Source: Leptolyngbyaceae cyanobacterium (lineage in GTDB: Bacteria > Cyanobacteriota > Cyanobacteriia > Phormidesmidales > Phormidesmidaceae). From it: a stretch of DNA of 60,412 nt. The DNA is taken from positions 1-60,412 of the forward strand of contig CBDHHL010000022.1 of NCBI GenBank assembly GCA_965263355.1, read 5' to 3'. A program made the translations under genes and the position numbers. This document shows, one piece after another, positions 58,659 through 60,412 of this stretch. The notes under the pieces are model-generated. The model saw only the letters and a program-made list of their open reading frames with translations, was not told the DNA's origin and did no database searches. Numbering within the stretch: the first letter of the stretch is position 1; each line of letters starts with the position of its first letter.

Positions 58659-59610
58659 GCAAAGTGAAGCAGCGTTTGAAGACGACGAATTTGAAGAAGA
58701 CTTTTCAGACGATGATTCTGTAGACGAGTTTGAAGACGACAACTTTGAGGAAGACTTTCTAGAGGCCGAAACCGAATTACCTGTTGGCCCACCCAGAAAC
58801 GTACTCACTGATCCAGATGAGCTGTATGAAACCGGGTTTGAGGATAACCCTTTGAATCCAGTGGGTGATTCACTCGAAAGGCTCATTGAATCTCAACTAA
58901 ACGAAGACCTCTGGATTGCGATGATGGGCGATTTACCTTGCCTGGACCCAACCCAGGCCTGCATTGGTGAACTGCAAGAGATGGCGGTAGAAAACAACCT
59001 GACGCTGCAGATCATCGATGAGCGCATTGCCATGATAGAAGAACGCATTGATGAAGCCAGGGCCCGGAATGTACGCACGGTGCAGCTAGGCGTGTGGGAA
59101 CCGGCCTTGACCCGCTATTTAGAGTATGACGCATTTGAAGAAACCGGCTTTTTTGAGAACGTGGGCGCTGCTCTTGCCAGGCCCATCACCGCCATTAACG
59201 AGTTGTTATCCCTGGTCGGCATCCCCCTATTTCGCGGCATTACCCGCACCAACCAAGACGCCCAGGCCCGAGCCATCGCCATTGGTGACCTGCAGATACA
59301 AGTCGCCCAAATCGAGCAAGAATCTCGCAAAGCCGCTGAAGCCATTCGAGAACAGGTGTTGTTAGCCATGCTAGATTTCGACCTGGAGCGGCGCGAGTTT
59401 CAGATCGCCCAGGAAATTGCCCGACGGGGGACGACCCAGCACCGGCTATTAGAAATCGAATATCGCTTTAGCGACCAGATTGGCACGACTACGTATCTCG
59501 GCAGTCTTTCCCAATTAGACCAACAAAAAGCCCAGACCTATCGGGCCTGGGCGGGACTACGATCTCAGTTAGAGAAGATAAAAATATTAGTATTGGGCTT
59601 TGAAAACTAA
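58525..59610 (+). CDS. TolC-like helical exported protein (start uncertain)
   Basis: Signal-like hydrophobic stretch, acidic tract, helical repeats; follows the HlyD-like gene; paralog at 3889-4683. Confidence 0.6.
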   Translation: MARFAGSNGWVKKTPALLWKLPWLWLVAGLLLFPLPIMAQPLVDEQSEAAFEDDEFEEDFSDDDSVDEFEDDNFEEDFLEAETELPVGPPRNVLTDPDELYETGFEDNPLNPVGDSLERLIESQLNEDLWIAMMGDLPCLDPTQACIGELQEMAVENNLTLQIIDERIAMIEERIDEARARNVRTVQLGVWEPALTRYLEYDAFEETGFFENVGAALARPITAINELLSLVGIPLFRGITRTNQDAQARAIAIGDLQIQVAQIEQESRKAAEAIREQVLLAMLDFDLERREFQIAQEIARRGTTQHRLLEIEYRFSDQIGTTTYLGSLSQLDQQKAQTYRAWAGLRSQLEKIKILVLGFEN

Positions 59611-59619
59611 TAAAACCGA

Positions 59620-60303
59620 CTACTGCCAATCATCTGGCGTATATAGATTTCCAGAGCGGCAGAGCGGCGCAGGCGAGGCTTCTGGTAACGTATTTAAGTC
59701 GTAAGCGGTGCCACCGATTTCAAAGGCTTGAAATTCCGTGGCCGTTAGGTCGTACGTACTCGTCGTCGTAATTTGACCATACCCACAGGCATTAACCGTC
59801 ACATTGCGATTGCGACCGCCTGAGTAAACCGCCTGATAAACCGTATTCGGCGTTTTTACTAAAACAACTTCGCCAGCCCCTGTCTTAAAGTGAGCTGTCC
59901 GTGATTCTTCCAGGTTGCCATTCACACAGCGAGGTAGCAGCTGCTGGGGTAGCGTTGCCTGGTTAATGGCTTCACCATCGACGCTCACCAGGTTAGCGAT
60001 GGGACGAGACGACGTATTCCGTAAGGTAATCAACCCACATTCATTGGCGGTGACCCGTCGCGTTGATGTGGCATTTGGGAACGCCACGGTGATGCGGTTA
60101 CCAGCGGTTTGATTCGCAACGATCACCGCTGGGGTGCCATTGGAACGCGTGATTTTGTAGATCTGGTTACCGTTGTAGGTTTGTGCCTGGACCAGTGGCG
60201 TAAAGATAGCAGCGGCTACACCCAGGATGCTCCCCATCAATAGGGGTTTCTTGATTCGTCTCATACGGAATGGATATAAAGTCTCAATACAGCAATTGCG
60301 CAA
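59620..60303 (-). CDS. Secreted hypothetical protein with two internal repeats
   Basis: Signal peptide ending VQA; repeated R.VT.N.CG...(P.C..GNL) units. Confidence 0.75.
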   Translation of the reverse strand: MRNCCIETLYPFRMRRIKKPLLMGSILGVAAAIFTPLVQAQTYNGNQIYKITRSNGTPAVIVANQTAGNRITVAFPNATSTRRVTANECGLITLRNTSSRPIANLVSVDGEAINQATLPQQLLPRCVNGNLEESRTAHFKTGAGEVVLVKTPNTVYQAVYSGGRNRNVTVNACGYGQITTTSTYDLTATEFQAFEIGGTAYDLNTLPEASPAPLCRSGNLYTPDDWQ

Positions 60304-60412
60304 ACGTACCGAGGCGTTACTATGACCTCGTCCGTTTGTGCGAATGTTTTATAGGCTAGGCGAGATGATGGAAGCGTGACGTCCCAGAATTTACGGGGAT
60401 TCTGGATTTTTT

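Overview
Cyanobacterial plasmid-like DNA (more than 20 HIP1 GCGATCGC octamers). It carries ParB, a separate ParA/ribbon-helix-helix partition pair, a small tyrosine recombinase, two HTH replication-initiator-like genes with internal iterons, and many duplications and decaying paralogs. The centrepiece (31.1-42.1 kb) is an 11-kb island with no HIP1 site found by eye. It holds a vWA-MoxR-VMAP ternary conflict operon (Trypco2, CHAT protease-EAD, EAD-VMAP, MoxR AAA+, vWA-like/FGE-CLec) coupled to a complete diversity-generating retroelement (DGR). The DGR has RT, Avd, a 115-nt template repeat (TR) and three FGE-sulfatase/C-type-lectin targets whose variable repeats (VRs) differ from the TR only at adenines. 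avd-RT is transcribed away from the TR, and all three VRs carry frameshifting indels at TR-adenine codons. Other content: a 5-16 kb regulator/oxidoreductase cargo (PecS/PecM, TetR, AraC), twin secreted peptide-repeat genes flanking an rbp gene, a duplicated five-gene cassette of unknown function, a HEAT-NACHT pseudogene, a TumA/TumE-like TA pair, HlyD/TolC-like modules, MITEs and a four-copy structured hairpin motif near parB. All family calls come from motif recognition by eye; no database searches were run.
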